From Candidatus Omnitrophota bacterium (GTDB taxonomy: Bacteria; Omnitrophota; Gorgyraeia; Zapsychrales; JANLHA01), in contig JAKLFA010000002.1 in assembly GCA_022711395.1 (NCBI GenBank), positions 323,864 through 387,863 of the forward strand: a DNA stretch of 64,000 nt, read 5' to 3'. Within the stretch, counting starts at the first letter, position 1. Each line of letters opens with the position of its first letter. Below, in pieces: positions 26,896-36,284 of this stretch. Position numbers and translations under genes: made by a program. The notes beneath the pieces are model-generated. The model saw only the letters and a list, made by a program, of their open reading frames with translations, searched no databases and was not told the origin of the DNA.

Positions 26896-27609
26896 TCACG
26901 CGATCTTGATAGCTCGAACACAGCAGACGCAGTCTGTCCCCCGCGGGGTCTTGACCTTCTGCGCGTCATCTAAGGCTGTTTCCTGCCAGCAATTGTTCTC
27001 CTGCCCGGAAGGCAGAACATTTTTGAAAAAGCGCATGTCCTCGACCTTGAATTTCCGAAGGAGCCTGTCCAGCCTGGGCTTGTCATAGGTCCTTTGCTGA
27101 TCGTTGACATACGGCTGCCCGAACGGAACGGTGAGGACAAAGCGCCCCTTCGGTTTGAGGATCCGGTGGATCTCCAGCACTCCCTTTTCATCCGCTTCCA
27201 TCTCGCTTTGCGGGTCATGATAAAATCCCAGCCCCACATGTTCGATCATGGAGACGCACAATGCCGCGTCAAAAGAATGGTCGGAGAACGGAAGTTTCAA
27301 AATATCACCTTGTTGAAATTTGAAATTCGGAACGCGGTAGGGATATTCCCTGAAATCCAGCCCCGTGACCTGAAAGCCCAAACTCGCCATGAACAACGAC
27401 AGCATGCTTTCCATGCAGCCCAGATCAAGGATCGTCGAACCCTTCGCAAGATCACTGACCGCCTGGATCGCGTATGGGATCTCGATGATCCGCTCATTGA
27501 TCATGACCTTCTTCAATCTTGAGACTTTCCGGAAGCGCCTCCAGTCAAAGACCCGTTTATATTTTAAAAAAACAGGATTGTTCAAAAAATATGTTTCCGG
27601 CAGGTCCAT
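26896..27609 (-). CDS. Class I SAM-dependent methyltransferase (type 11-like)
   Basis: …ILDLGCMESMLSLFMASLGFQVTGLDF… (motif I) and …DAALCVSMIEHV… (motif II/post I). Start at MDLPETYF… avoids overlap with the upstream GT2 gene. Confidence 0.75.
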   Translation of the reverse strand: MDLPETYFLNNPVFLKYKRVFDWRRFRKVSRLKKVMINERIIEIPYAIQAVSDLAKGSTILDLGCMESMLSLFMASLGFQVTGLDFREYPYRVPNFKFQQGDILKLPFSDHSFDAALCVSMIEHVGLGFYHDPQSEMEADEKGVLEIHRILKPKGRFVLTVPFGQPYVNDQQRTYDKPRLDRLLRKFKVEDMRFFKNVLPSGQENNCWQETALDDAQKVKTPRGTDCVCCVRAIKIA

Positions 27610-27623
27610 TGAAATCCCTTTCT

Positions 27624-28448
27624 TTATCTTTTCCGGCATTCCCACGGGTCCGGCAATTTGTCCGCCGGGAGAATGTCCGGATTTTTCACGATATAACGTT
27701 CCGCGTATTTGCAAATGCGGATCACATCAAAGGCCCAGATCATCGCGGCATAGATCAGGCCGTGGATCCCGTCCTTATACCCCTGCTTTTTGATATACGA
27801 CTTCCAGAAATTCTTGAACGGTTTGGTGAACAAAAGCCAACGCAGTTTTTTTTCTGAAAGTTCACCATACTGATCAAAATAATCCTTTTGGTCAAACTCA
27901 CTGATAAAATTAAATTTTTGAGTGATCCAGTGGATGTTGGGATTGGGATAATGGAGCACTTCGCCTTTTAACTGGCCGATCTTGCCGTCAATGATCGGTC
28001 TTTCATGATAGGAGTCGCCTTCGAAGCGGACCTTGTCCCGACGGAACATTTTGAGCCCGTTCCCGCTCCATCCTCCGTGGCGAAGCGGTTTGTTCATAAA
28101 AAAATTTACCCGGGGAAGCTCAAAGGCGACGTATTCACTGCCATGTTCTAAAATGCTTAGAATTTCTTTCTTTAGCTCCGCAGAAATAAACTCATCAGGG
28201 TCAATGAAAAGCACCCAGTCGGCGATTGTCTGTTGAATAGCCCAGGCAGATCGTTTATTGTGGTTAGCTTCAAGCGGTTTGTGCAACAAAGTCCGCTTGT
28301 ATTTCCTCGTGACTTCCGCAGAATTATCCGTGCTCCCGGAATCCAGCATAATAATATCATCAGCCCAGGCATGGGCCTCCAAAAAAGCAGGCAGAGCCGC
28401 CTCTTCATTCAAAACGCTTCCGATCAACGCAAATATTTTTCTACTCAT
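27624..28448 (-). CDS. Family 2 glycosyltransferase
   Basis: …IFALIGSVLNEEAALPAFLEA…IIMLDSGSTDNS… and …FIDPDE… (DxD) are GT2 motifs. Confidence 0.75.
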   Translation of the reverse strand: MSRKIFALIGSVLNEEAALPAFLEAHAWADDIIMLDSGSTDNSAEVTRKYKRTLLHKPLEANHNKRSAWAIQQTIADWVLFIDPDEFISAELKKEILSILEHGSEYVAFELPRVNFFMNKPLRHGGWSGNGLKMFRRDKVRFEGDSYHERPIIDGKIGQLKGEVLHYPNPNIHWITQKFNFISEFDQKDYFDQYGELSEKKLRWLLFTKPFKNFWKSYIKKQGYKDGIHGLIYAAMIWAFDVIRICKYAERYIVKNPDILPADKLPDPWECRKR

Positions 28449-29466
28449 GCATCCTCGCATATTTTGCCCCTTCAATCATCTTACGAATGGCATCTTCTAA
28501 ACCGATGCCAACCTTCAAGTTCAGCTCTTTTTTTGCGCGTTCAATACAAGGCACATACTGTGCCACGCCCTGTTCTTTATATTCATTCGTGATCCTCACC
28601 GGCACATTAGATCCAGACAAACTTACCATAAGTTTTGCCAAATCAGCGATCTCTATCCGTTGGTCAGACCCGACATTATACGGCCTTAGAGAAATGCCGC
28701 TCTGCAAGATCTTAAAAAGCCATATGACCAGATCAGACATGTACAAATAGGACCGCGTCGTACGCCCATTCCCCTTAATGAGCACTTCCTTGCCGTCAAG
28801 AATATTCTGCAGAAAGTTTCCAGCCGCGTAATAACGTCCCAACGGCAAAAAAGGCCCGATAAACGCAAAACATCGTGCAATAGCAATCTCGAAACCGTGA
28901 GCCGACGCATATTCGCAACATAACCGCTCAGCGGACAGCTTCGCCCTTCCATACTCTGTATCCGGCTTCCCGTGATAACTCTCATCCACATGAAGAATAT
29001 TCTGCGGCTGTGTTCCATAAACAGCACCGGAACTTAAAAAAAGAACACGGGAAGGTTTTTTCGCGGCCGCGAATTTCAAAACACGCTCTGTTCCCTTTTC
29101 GATCACATCAGCCACTTCATGAACCTGCTCCGGGGTCCTCCCAGCGCCTGCATCCGCAGCGCCATGAATCATATAATCACAATGTTCTTCTGGCCATTCA
29201 AAGGACCGGATGTCACCCTTCAAAAACGACAACCATGATTCCCGGGCGAATGAAGGATTTGTCTTTAAAAAACGCTCTGGATCTCGCGATAAAACAATAA
29301 CCGATATTTTTACCCCTTCCTGGTTAATGATCCATCGAAAGGATTCCAGCATCCATTTCCCAAAGAATCCCGTACCTCCGGTCACAAAAATACGTTTCTT
29401 ATGAAAAAATGTACAGTCAACAGACTTTTGAATGTACTCAAGATCCTGCTGAATCAAATCAGGCAT
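28441..29466 (-). CDS. NAD-dependent sugar epimerase/dehydratase (extended SDR)
   Basis: …IFVTGGTGFFGKWM… Rossmann motif and the YxxxK catalytic dyad (…YGRAK…). Confidence 0.8.
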   Translation of the reverse strand: MPDLIQQDLEYIQKSVDCTFFHKKRIFVTGGTGFFGKWMLESFRWIINQEGVKISVIVLSRDPERFLKTNPSFARESWLSFLKGDIRSFEWPEEHCDYMIHGAADAGAGRTPEQVHEVADVIEKGTERVLKFAAAKKPSRVLFLSSGAVYGTQPQNILHVDESYHGKPDTEYGRAKLSAERLCCEYASAHGFEIAIARCFAFIGPFLPLGRYYAAGNFLQNILDGKEVLIKGNGRTTRSYLYMSDLVIWLFKILQSGISLRPYNVGSDQRIEIADLAKLMVSLSGSNVPVRITNEYKEQGVAQYVPCIERAKKELNLKVGIGLEDAIRKMIEGAKYARMHE

Positions 29467-31279
29467 CCTTACCTTCTTTTAAGGGCTCGACGATCATATT
29501 TTTAAAAAACTCTTCTCTTGATAAAAAAGGATACATGTCCTCAAGCGGTTTGGAAACCAAGGTTCCGTCATTCCTGCGGAATGATGCGACCGTAGGGATG
29601 ATCTCTTGATCTTCCAAACACATGAGCTCACAAATGACAGGACACTTTTCACTCAAGACCTGCAGCATGACAGATTCCAAATTCTTTGGGCTTTTCGCAG
29701 AATAATATTTTATGCCGTACGCCCTTGCGATCTTCTTAAGATCAGGAAATGAAATACCAGAGCTCTTATCGGTTCCCAACAATCGCCCATTGAAAAACTT
29801 CTTTTGAGTTGACCGGATCGAAAGATATCCGTTATTATTAAAAACAAATAATTTGATCGGAAGATCATACTGCACGATCGTCTGGAGCTCCTGCAAGTTC
29901 ATCTGAAAAGATCCATCGCCAGTAATACCGATGGTTTCTTTATTCTTATTCGCAAAACACACACCAATCGTCCCGGGAAGTGTATAGCCCATCTCACCCT
30001 GTGCCCCGGGCGCAATAAATCTTTGCCCTGACCTAAGCTTCAGGCCTTGGGCCGCAACATACGCCGCAGATCCTGCATCAGTCACGACCGTGGCGTTCCG
30101 CTTTAATTTCTTAGAAAGCAAATCAATAAAATAATACAGATTAATTCCCCCACTGGTTTTTGAATACTCCGGAAGGCACACCGGCCATTTAGACGCCCAT
30201 TCACGGCATTGTTGAATCCATGTCCCTGCATTTGGCCTTTGAATCTTTTGCTTGAGCATCTCAGCTAGAAAATTTAAAAGATGAGCATAAATAAAACGGT
30301 CTATCTTGACAGTCTTCTTTTTATGCTCTTCTCTGTCAATATCGACCACATAAACCTTGGCGCCACGAGCAAAATTCTGATATTCATGCCCCGTTGAACT
30401 GACGCTCAAACGACTGCCAAGCACAAGGACAAGATCAGCGTTCTGAAGAGCAAAATTTCCTGCCCGATCTCCTTTATTGCCGATACGTCCGATAAACAGA
30501 GGATGCCGGGCAGGAAGAAGATCGATCCCCAAATGTGTTACAACCACCGGCAATTGATTCAAATCGATAAATTGCCCAAATTCTCTGAGCGATCCGGAAA
30601 GACGAACGCCCTGGCCCGCGACTACGATTGGTCGAACGGAACGAGCCAAATCTTTGCAAAGACCACTGATATCATTTGGATCAACAACCGGATTTTCACA
30701 CAACTCCATCCGTTCCTCCTTACTAAAATGTCGTAAGGAATTTTCGGACAAATTGGCGCCTTGAACATCCAAAGGAATATCCAGCCAGACAGGACCTGGA
30801 CGTCCGGTCTTTGCGAGAAAAACAGCCTTTTCTAAATGATAGGCGATATCAGACGTATCATTAACCATGACCGCATATTTTGTAATTGGTGCTACCAACG
30901 ATAGAATATCAACCTCCTGAACACCGAATTGCCGAAGTTTCAACTCGGAATTGCGGATTGTCTCTTTTCGTTTAACCTGTCCGGAAATAAAAATACATGG
31001 CGTATTGTCCTGCCAGGCATCTAAAAGTCCAGTAATTGCGTTTGTGCCCCCGCATCCTGTGGTAACAATGACCGCCCCGAGGTTATTGGTATATTTGGCA
31101 TACGAAACAGCGGCCATCGCGCACGCTTGTTCATGATGATTGAAAACGGCCCTTAACTTTCGATGACAAGCCACCCCATCAGCCAAGAACATCATGCCTC
31201 CACCGGTCACCATAAACACATCACTTATCCCCTGGCGGTAAATAAAATCCGCAACATAATCAGCAACCCGTAACTTCAT
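29459..31279 (-). CDS. Thiamine-diphosphate-dependent enzyme of the acetolactate-synthase/YerE-like family (candidate two-carbon branch-forming enzyme acting on a sugar)
   Basis: N-terminal PYR domain (…VFMVTGGGMMFLADG…), central domain, and a C-terminal PP domain with the GDGSFQMN TPP-binding motif. Confidence 0.75.
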   Translation of the reverse strand: MKLRVADYVADFIYRQGISDVFMVTGGGMMFLADGVACHRKLRAVFNHHEQACAMAAVSYAKYTNNLGAVIVTTGCGGTNAITGLLDAWQDNTPCIFISGQVKRKETIRNSELKLRQFGVQEVDILSLVAPITKYAVMVNDTSDIAYHLEKAVFLAKTGRPGPVWLDIPLDVQGANLSENSLRHFSKEERMELCENPVVDPNDISGLCKDLARSVRPIVVAGQGVRLSGSLREFGQFIDLNQLPVVVTHLGIDLLPARHPLFIGRIGNKGDRAGNFALQNADLVLVLGSRLSVSSTGHEYQNFARGAKVYVVDIDREEHKKKTVKIDRFIYAHLLNFLAEMLKQKIQRPNAGTWIQQCREWASKWPVCLPEYSKTSGGINLYYFIDLLSKKLKRNATVVTDAGSAAYVAAQGLKLRSGQRFIAPGAQGEMGYTLPGTIGVCFANKNKETIGITGDGSFQMNLQELQTIVQYDLPIKLFVFNNNGYLSIRSTQKKFFNGRLLGTDKSSGISFPDLKKIARAYGIKYYSAKSPKNLESVMLQVLSEKCPVICELMCLEDQEIIPTVASFRRNDGTLVSKPLEDMYPFLSREEFFKNMIVEPLKEGKDA

Positions 31280-31294
31280 TTTTAAAATCCTTTA

Positions 31295-33025
31295 CTAGAC
31301 CAAAATGCTGTTATTGAAATATTTTTTATGCGAGGTCGGAGTAATGATCGAGAACGGAATCCCGAGGTCATTCAAAAAATCTGACACCCTCTTAAGCTCA
31401 ATATCCATATTCTCATAACGCAGAGAGGCAGCCGCTTTATCGTCCGGCACGTCTTTTTCATTATAAAAGTAAACTACCTTTCCCTGTTCCTCGCTTTCAT
31501 ACCCATCCATACCGACGGCCATAATCTCCTGCGCCCCCATCTGTAGAGCGGTCAGGATCGCGTTCACCCCGACATTCAAATATTTCACTTGCTGACGGAT
31601 GCCATCGATTGGAGAAGAATTCAGATCATCAATAGAATCGATCTGAACATACTCAACAGGCCCGCTATAGTTTTCCTGGACCAGACGTTTTCCAAAAAAG
31701 CTTGGAACAAGAAGAATGCTTTTTTTAGATACAGTCGCGGCATATTTTAAAAATCGTTTTTTGCTGACAAAAATATGGTAATCCGGCGCATAAACAGAAT
31801 TTAAAAAGTTACATCCAATCGTCACAAGCCCCAACCTCTTGATAAGCCCCTTAATTTTATCTTCATGTTTAACAATGGAAGGCCCATTGCCAATGATCAA
31901 AAATTTTTTTCCCTTGTGCCTGTCTTTCATTCCGAGCGAATCCAAGGAAAATGCATCTTTCGACGGAATAGCTTTCAATTCCTTTTCAATCGAGCGGATC
32001 GCTTCTTTGGCTTGAGAAGTGGTCGGGACATAGAACCTCTCTTCCAAAGCATTTTTAAGTTTCTCTCCGGAAAAGGAAATCGGACATTTTTCCTTCACGG
32101 TTTCAGCGATATTGCAAATCTCTTCAATTGTGTAATTATGGGAATTAAAAAGTTCATCAATGTAATAGGGATGAATATTACGGATCCCCCCCAAAAGCGA
32201 TCGTAGCGAGTAACCCCAAGGATCCTTTTCAAACAAGGGGAGAAAAAACCGCTCAATGACATCAAGATATGGAACGACGTTGTACTCTTTATCTCCGATT
32301 TTGCTTAAATAGCTTAGAAGTATCTCAATCGGAAGATTTCCAGCCCCCCGGCCCATGCCGTAAATTGACGCATCAACATAACTGGCCCCTTCAGTGATCG
32401 CGTGCAGAGTATTTGCGAATGCCATCTGAAGATTGTTGTGTGCATGAAATCCGATACGCTCGAAACCCAGCGCTTTTAACTGGCCAATCAATTCTGAAAT
32501 TTCAGCTGGAGCATAAGCGCCAAAACTGTCCGCAAAATAGACCGCCTTGAGTGCATTCTTTTGCTTCCAATTCTTTAATACCGCAAATTCCTGTTGCGAC
32601 CATTCCGAACTTGCCATAAGGTTCATAAACACTTCATAACCCGCTTCATGGAACTGCTCAGCCAGATCAACGGCGATCTTCACCTCAAATGGATACGCAG
32701 CCACTCGTACACCGGTAAATGGTGTCGGCTCTTTTGTTCGATCAGGAATCTTATAGCCGGAATATTTTCCTGCATCCAGCATAAAAAGCAATTTGCAATC
32801 GCTTGAAGACTTAAAAAGTCCATTAATATATTTCTCATCACAATATCCGAAAGGACCAAGCCCCTTTTTGCCTGGATCATTCTTGTAACCAATCTCGAAA
32901 TAATCAACCTGCCCTTTTTGAGCGGCAAAGTAGGAAGCCTTCACAAGATTATCCTCAAACTGCCACTTGTTCAGATGGCCACCGTCACGAATGGTACAAT
33001 CAATAATCTGTATTTTTGTCGTCAT
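31295..33025 (-). CDS. Fusion protein: N-terminal HMGL-like/DRE-TIM metallolyase (pyruvate-carboxyltransferase-type aldolase) domain plus a C-terminal Maf/DUF115 (MptE-like, motility-accessory-factor glycosyltransferase family) domain
   Basis: …IIDCTIRDGGH… and …GFHAHNNLQMAFANTL… (DRE-TIM). The C-terminal …KKFLIIGNGPSI…LVTIGCNF… resembles the DUF115/Maf Rossmann-like core. Confidence 0.55.
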   Translation of the reverse strand: MTTKIQIIDCTIRDGGHLNKWQFEDNLVKASYFAAQKGQVDYFEIGYKNDPGKKGLGPFGYCDEKYINGLFKSSSDCKLLFMLDAGKYSGYKIPDRTKEPTPFTGVRVAAYPFEVKIAVDLAEQFHEAGYEVFMNLMASSEWSQQEFAVLKNWKQKNALKAVYFADSFGAYAPAEISELIGQLKALGFERIGFHAHNNLQMAFANTLHAITEGASYVDASIYGMGRGAGNLPIEILLSYLSKIGDKEYNVVPYLDVIERFFLPLFEKDPWGYSLRSLLGGIRNIHPYYIDELFNSHNYTIEEICNIAETVKEKCPISFSGEKLKNALEERFYVPTTSQAKEAIRSIEKELKAIPSKDAFSLDSLGMKDRHKGKKFLIIGNGPSIVKHEDKIKGLIKRLGLVTIGCNFLNSVYAPDYHIFVSKKRFLKYAATVSKKSILLVPSFFGKRLVQENYSGPVEYVQIDSIDDLNSSPIDGIRQQVKYLNVGVNAILTALQMGAQEIMAVGMDGYESEEQGKVVYFYNEKDVPDDKAAASLRYENMDIELKRVSDFLNDLGIPFSIITPTSHKKYFNNSILV

Positions 33026-33027
33026 AT

Positions 33028-33783
33028 CTAAAGGATCCGTAATTCATGATAGCCATGAACTGTGTGTGGCGTTTCAGATTGCAAACTCTCAAAAGGAACC
33101 TGCCCCAACGCCACCGCGACACCAGCCTTAAGCTGAGCATTTTCCGCCATCTGGATATCCATGGAGGTATCACCAATCACAATGGTGGAACTTCTTTCAG
33201 CTTTCATCTGCTCCAAAGCAACAAGTGCAGGCTCTCCGCTTTCCTTAGGCAACGCTGTCGCCTCTTTTCCAAGAAGAAGATCAAAATATTTTGCAATCCC
33301 TAAAAAACTCATAATCTCTTCAGTATTTTTTATGCTGTCAGACGTAATAACCGCCATTTTGACACCCTTGCCACGGAGTTCTTTGAGAAACGCCTCAACA
33401 CCCGGAAGAATCGCGGTGTATTCATAGATCTCTCTGAGAAAGCCCGAGTGGACATCAACAAAAAGCTTCTCAATCTGTCCCTGTGAAACGGAAAAACCAT
33501 GCTCTGACAAAAAATCAATCAGAATCCCGATCACTTTTTCACGGCTGACTAAAGCGATGGGACCTTCCGGCAAAAGCCGTTTCGTCTCTAACGAGAACCC
33601 CATCACCCGGCAAAGTTTTTCATGGAAATCATGCTTCAGGTTGAACATGGAGATCAGCGCGTGGCTTCGCATTTCAATGATCCGGCCCCAATACAAATGG
33701 CTATCGATCAGCGTCCCGTCTTTATCAAAAAATACGGTCTCGATACCATCAATATCCCAATCAGAAGATGAAAGAGTGATCAT
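33028..33783 (-). CDS. HAD-superfamily phosphatase (subfamily IA)
   Basis: …VFFDKDGTLIDS… motif I, …ITSDS… and …VIGDTSMD… motifs. Confidence 0.75.
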   Translation of the reverse strand: MITLSSSDWDIDGIETVFFDKDGTLIDSHLYWGRIIEMRSHALISMFNLKHDFHEKLCRVMGFSLETKRLLPEGPIALVSREKVIGILIDFLSEHGFSVSQGQIEKLFVDVHSGFLREIYEYTAILPGVEAFLKELRGKGVKMAVITSDSIKNTEEIMSFLGIAKYFDLLLGKEATALPKESGEPALVALEQMKAERSSTIVIGDTSMDIQMAENAQLKAGVAVALGQVPFESLQSETPHTVHGYHELRIL

Positions 33784-34760
33784 AAATATTTTAGCGTTTT
33801 ATCGACCAATTGTTTAGCAATCCGAAGGGCGCCGTTAAAGGCCCTGTCGTTTTTTAAAAAATCATCCCGGCCAATATATGTTTTAATGATTTTCCGGGCA
33901 AACGATCCGATCGCAACCCCATGCGCCGTGATCTCAAACATTTTCGCCATTCGAGCCGTTTTGCTGTTGGTCCCTCCGGATGTCAGGACCCAAACAGGAA
34001 GCCTCGCTTTTTGCACAATATCTGCGGTTGCCAAAGCCTGTAATGTCGTATTGTAGCGGTCATCTCCACCGCTCATCGGAGCGCCATCGGCCTGAATAAT
34101 TGTTGAAAATTCCGGCCGGTCTGCAATAAAACGCTTGATGCGTGCAATGAGCTGTTTGTCCCCTAAATGTGACCGGTCAAGACAAAGGCTTAGGACGCCA
34201 TCAAAAACATCATTCATGATATTCCACTGGGCATAAGCGCCCTCTTCATCATCAGTGACAGCATGCAATTCAAGGGAACTTAATCCAAACTTGATCAATG
34301 GCGGAAGCAAAACCTTCAAGTCAACATTTTCTGTGACAAAAGTAACTGCTTTGGCTGCAGTACAAATTTTTTCACATGCCCCGCAACCAATACAGCGTTT
34401 CTTTACTACAACGTATTCGCCCGTCGTTTGGGCTATGGCCGTCTGCAAACACGCCTTGGCGCACAATCCGCATGCTTTACATTTTTCAGTAATGATCAAC
34501 GCTTTACGAACATGCGGATCGCCGGAAATCCCGACGCTCACATTCAAAAAATAATTCTTTCGCTTGTTCTTTGGAATGACCCTATCCAGACCCCGTTGAG
34601 CGGCCAATACCACATCCTCACGCGCTGAAAGATCAAAATAATTTGCCCCTGCCTTGGCATAAACGGCAACCAATTTTTCGACTTCCTGCGCGTCCTCATT
34701 ACCCGCGCCGCAAACCAGCTTAAAACACTGTTTCTTTTTTAGAATATCCGAAAGGCCCAT
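33780..34760 (-). CDS. Protein with an embedded 2x[4Fe-4S] ferredoxin-type motif inside a TIM-barrel-like scaffold; unknown function
   Basis: CKACGLCAKAC and CIGCGACEKIC (two CxxCxxCxxxC motifs). Flanking …LVCGAGNEDA… and …PVWVLTSGGT… segments. Confidence 0.45.
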   Translation of the reverse strand: MGLSDILKKKQCFKLVCGAGNEDAQEVEKLVAVYAKAGANYFDLSAREDVVLAAQRGLDRVIPKNKRKNYFLNVSVGISGDPHVRKALIITEKCKACGLCAKACLQTAIAQTTGEYVVVKKRCIGCGACEKICTAAKAVTFVTENVDLKVLLPPLIKFGLSSLELHAVTDDEEGAYAQWNIMNDVFDGVLSLCLDRSHLGDKQLIARIKRFIADRPEFSTIIQADGAPMSGGDDRYNTTLQALATADIVQKARLPVWVLTSGGTNSKTARMAKMFEITAHGVAIGSFARKIIKTYIGRDDFLKNDRAFNGALRIAKQLVDKTLKYL

Positions 34761-34913
34761 GCTTAAATAAGCTCCTCTTCACCCGTTCTTTTTCAAAATA
34801 AGACAAGCTATTATATCCAATCAAGATAAACGAGCAAACAAAAATACAATATAAAAAGGGCAACACCCTTTTGGGCATTGCCCTTTTCAGCTTAAAACAC
34901 ACTCAAGTTATAT

Positions 34914-35594
34914 TTACCACGCCGCGTTCACGATCGGAAGGACCGGAAGCATGTCTTTAGCTGTCGCGACATTGACCAGACCGATCTGGATGCCGTTGAG
35001 CTGTTCCGTCCAGTTCACCAGCCCAAAGGCGAATCCTTCGAACTTGGTGCTGTAATTGACCGCCCCAAGCTGAACACCTTTGGCTTCGGTGGCGATGTTG
35101 ATCCCGCCGAACTGAGCGCCTGCCGAGTTGCCGTTGATGTAATTGACAAAGCCGAAACTTCCGCCCATCACATCACCTTGAACGACCGAAACGAGCCCGA
35201 CCTGGGAGCCCTGCACATTACCCTCAGTATAAGCCACAAACCCCGCGCTGCCGCCCATCACGTTGCCTTGAACGACCGAAACAAGGCCTTCCTGCATTCC
35301 CTGGACGTTGCCTTCGGTATATCCAACAAAACCAAAATTCGCGCCCAGCACATCACCGGAAACCACATTGACAAGACCTAAGTCCATACCTGTGACGCCG
35401 GCATTTTTCCCATAAATAAAATTAAACCCAAACCCTTTAATGCCTTCCTCTTCCGGAACAAGCTGGATCGGATTGAACAACGCGATCTGAAGCGGTTTTG
35501 CCCCTTCAGCGGCGCTGGCCAATTGCCCGAAACCGGCTAATGACACCGCGATCACCGCTACCGCAACCAGACTTTTTAAGATCACACCCTTCAT
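34914..35594 (-). CDS. Secreted protein built of about 30-aa tandem repeats (GLV[NS]VV.G[DN]V.G..[FA]GFV.YTEGNVQG.Q), probably beta-helical
   Basis: Signal peptide MKGVILKSLVAVAVIAVSLAGFGQLASA and at least four degenerate repeats, visible at both protein and nucleotide level (35100-35380). Confidence 0.5.
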   Translation of the reverse strand: MKGVILKSLVAVAVIAVSLAGFGQLASAAEGAKPLQIALFNPIQLVPEEEGIKGFGFNFIYGKNAGVTGMDLGLVNVVSGDVLGANFGFVGYTEGNVQGMQEGLVSVVQGNVMGGSAGFVAYTEGNVQGSQVGLVSVVQGDVMGGSFGFVNYINGNSAGAQFGGINIATEAKGVQLGAVNYSTKFEGFAFGLVNWTEQLNGIQIGLVNVATAKDMLPVLPIVNAAW

Positions 35595-35679
35595 GTCTCT
35601 CCCCCTTTTTAATAAGGTTTCTTCAACTCCTTTAGTGTAGCGTGAAGACTGATTTTTTCAATCAGAATCTTATTCTTCC

Positions 35680-35838
35680 TTAAAAGAGAGTATAAATAAA
35701 CGGCGCGACCGCGGAGCTTTCGGTCAGGACGATAATGACACCCAAAAGCATCAAAATGACCACGATCGGCAAAAGCCAGTAGCGTTTGCGGACCTTCAAA
35801 AATTCCCAGAACTCTTTCAAAAGACCCATTTTTCCCAT
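35680..35838 (-). CDS. DUF5989-like small membrane protein (52 aa), the usual partner of SxtJ/carbamoyltransferase genes. Below the 60-aa threshold of the ORF track.
   Basis: MGKMGLLKEFWEFLKVRKRYWLLPIVVILMLLGVIIVLTESSAVAPFIYTLF: basic N-terminus plus one TM helix. ATG lies 15 nt after the SxtJ-like stop. Confidence 0.5.
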   Translation of the reverse strand: MGKMGLLKEFWEFLKVRKRYWLLPIVVILMLLGVIIVLTESSAVAPFIYTLF

Positions 35839-35852
35839 AACGTCAGCCTTTG

Positions 35853-36284
35853 TTAAAATTGTTTAGTGTAATGCTGCGGATCGAACGCGCGTTTTTCCCG
35901 TTCGATCCAATACGTCGCAGCGCCGGGATCGATCTTTTGCGAAAGCAGGTCTTTCCCAAACAGCCGCATGATAAGCCCGATCGGCGCAAAGACCAGATAA
36001 AAACACAAGGCCAGCGTCAAGGTTGTCACGACCCACATCAGGGCCTTGAACGCCGTCTCCATCACCCAGCGCAGCGGGTAGACCCAGCGCGGTCGGATCA
36101 GGGCCATCACAAGGGCGTAGCATCCCGCCGGAGCAAAAAAATACACATGCCCCCAATGGCCGCGTGTGGCCTGCCAGATCGAGATCGCGATCGCCAGCGG
36201 CCCGAAGATCAGGCCGAATTTCTTAAGTTCAGTGTCAGTGACAGTGTTAGTGATAGTGTGAGTGTCAGTCTTAGAAAAAAACAT
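35853..36284 (-). CDS. SxtJ-like small membrane protein (carbamoyltransferase-associated). Its N-terminus is encoded by a hexamer repeat array.
   Basis: …KKFGLIFGPLAIAISIW… plus two further TM helices and conserved synteny with the carbamoyltransferase. The N-terminus MFFSKTDTHTITNTVTDTE derives from the (AGTGNN)n array. Confidence 0.5.
   Translation of the reverse strand: MFFSKTDTHTITNTVTDTELKKFGLIFGPLAIAISIWQATRGHWGHVYFFAPAGCYALVMALIRPRWVYPLRWVMETAFKALMWVVTTLTLALCFYLVFAPIGLIMRLFGKDLLSQKIDPGAATYWIEREKRAFDPQHYTKQF
36231..36269. repeat. Hexanucleotide tandem array (AGTGNN)x6.5; inverted partner of the 36678-36717 array
   Basis: agtgtc agtgac agtgtt agtgat agtgtg agtgtc agtc. Confidence 0.7.
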
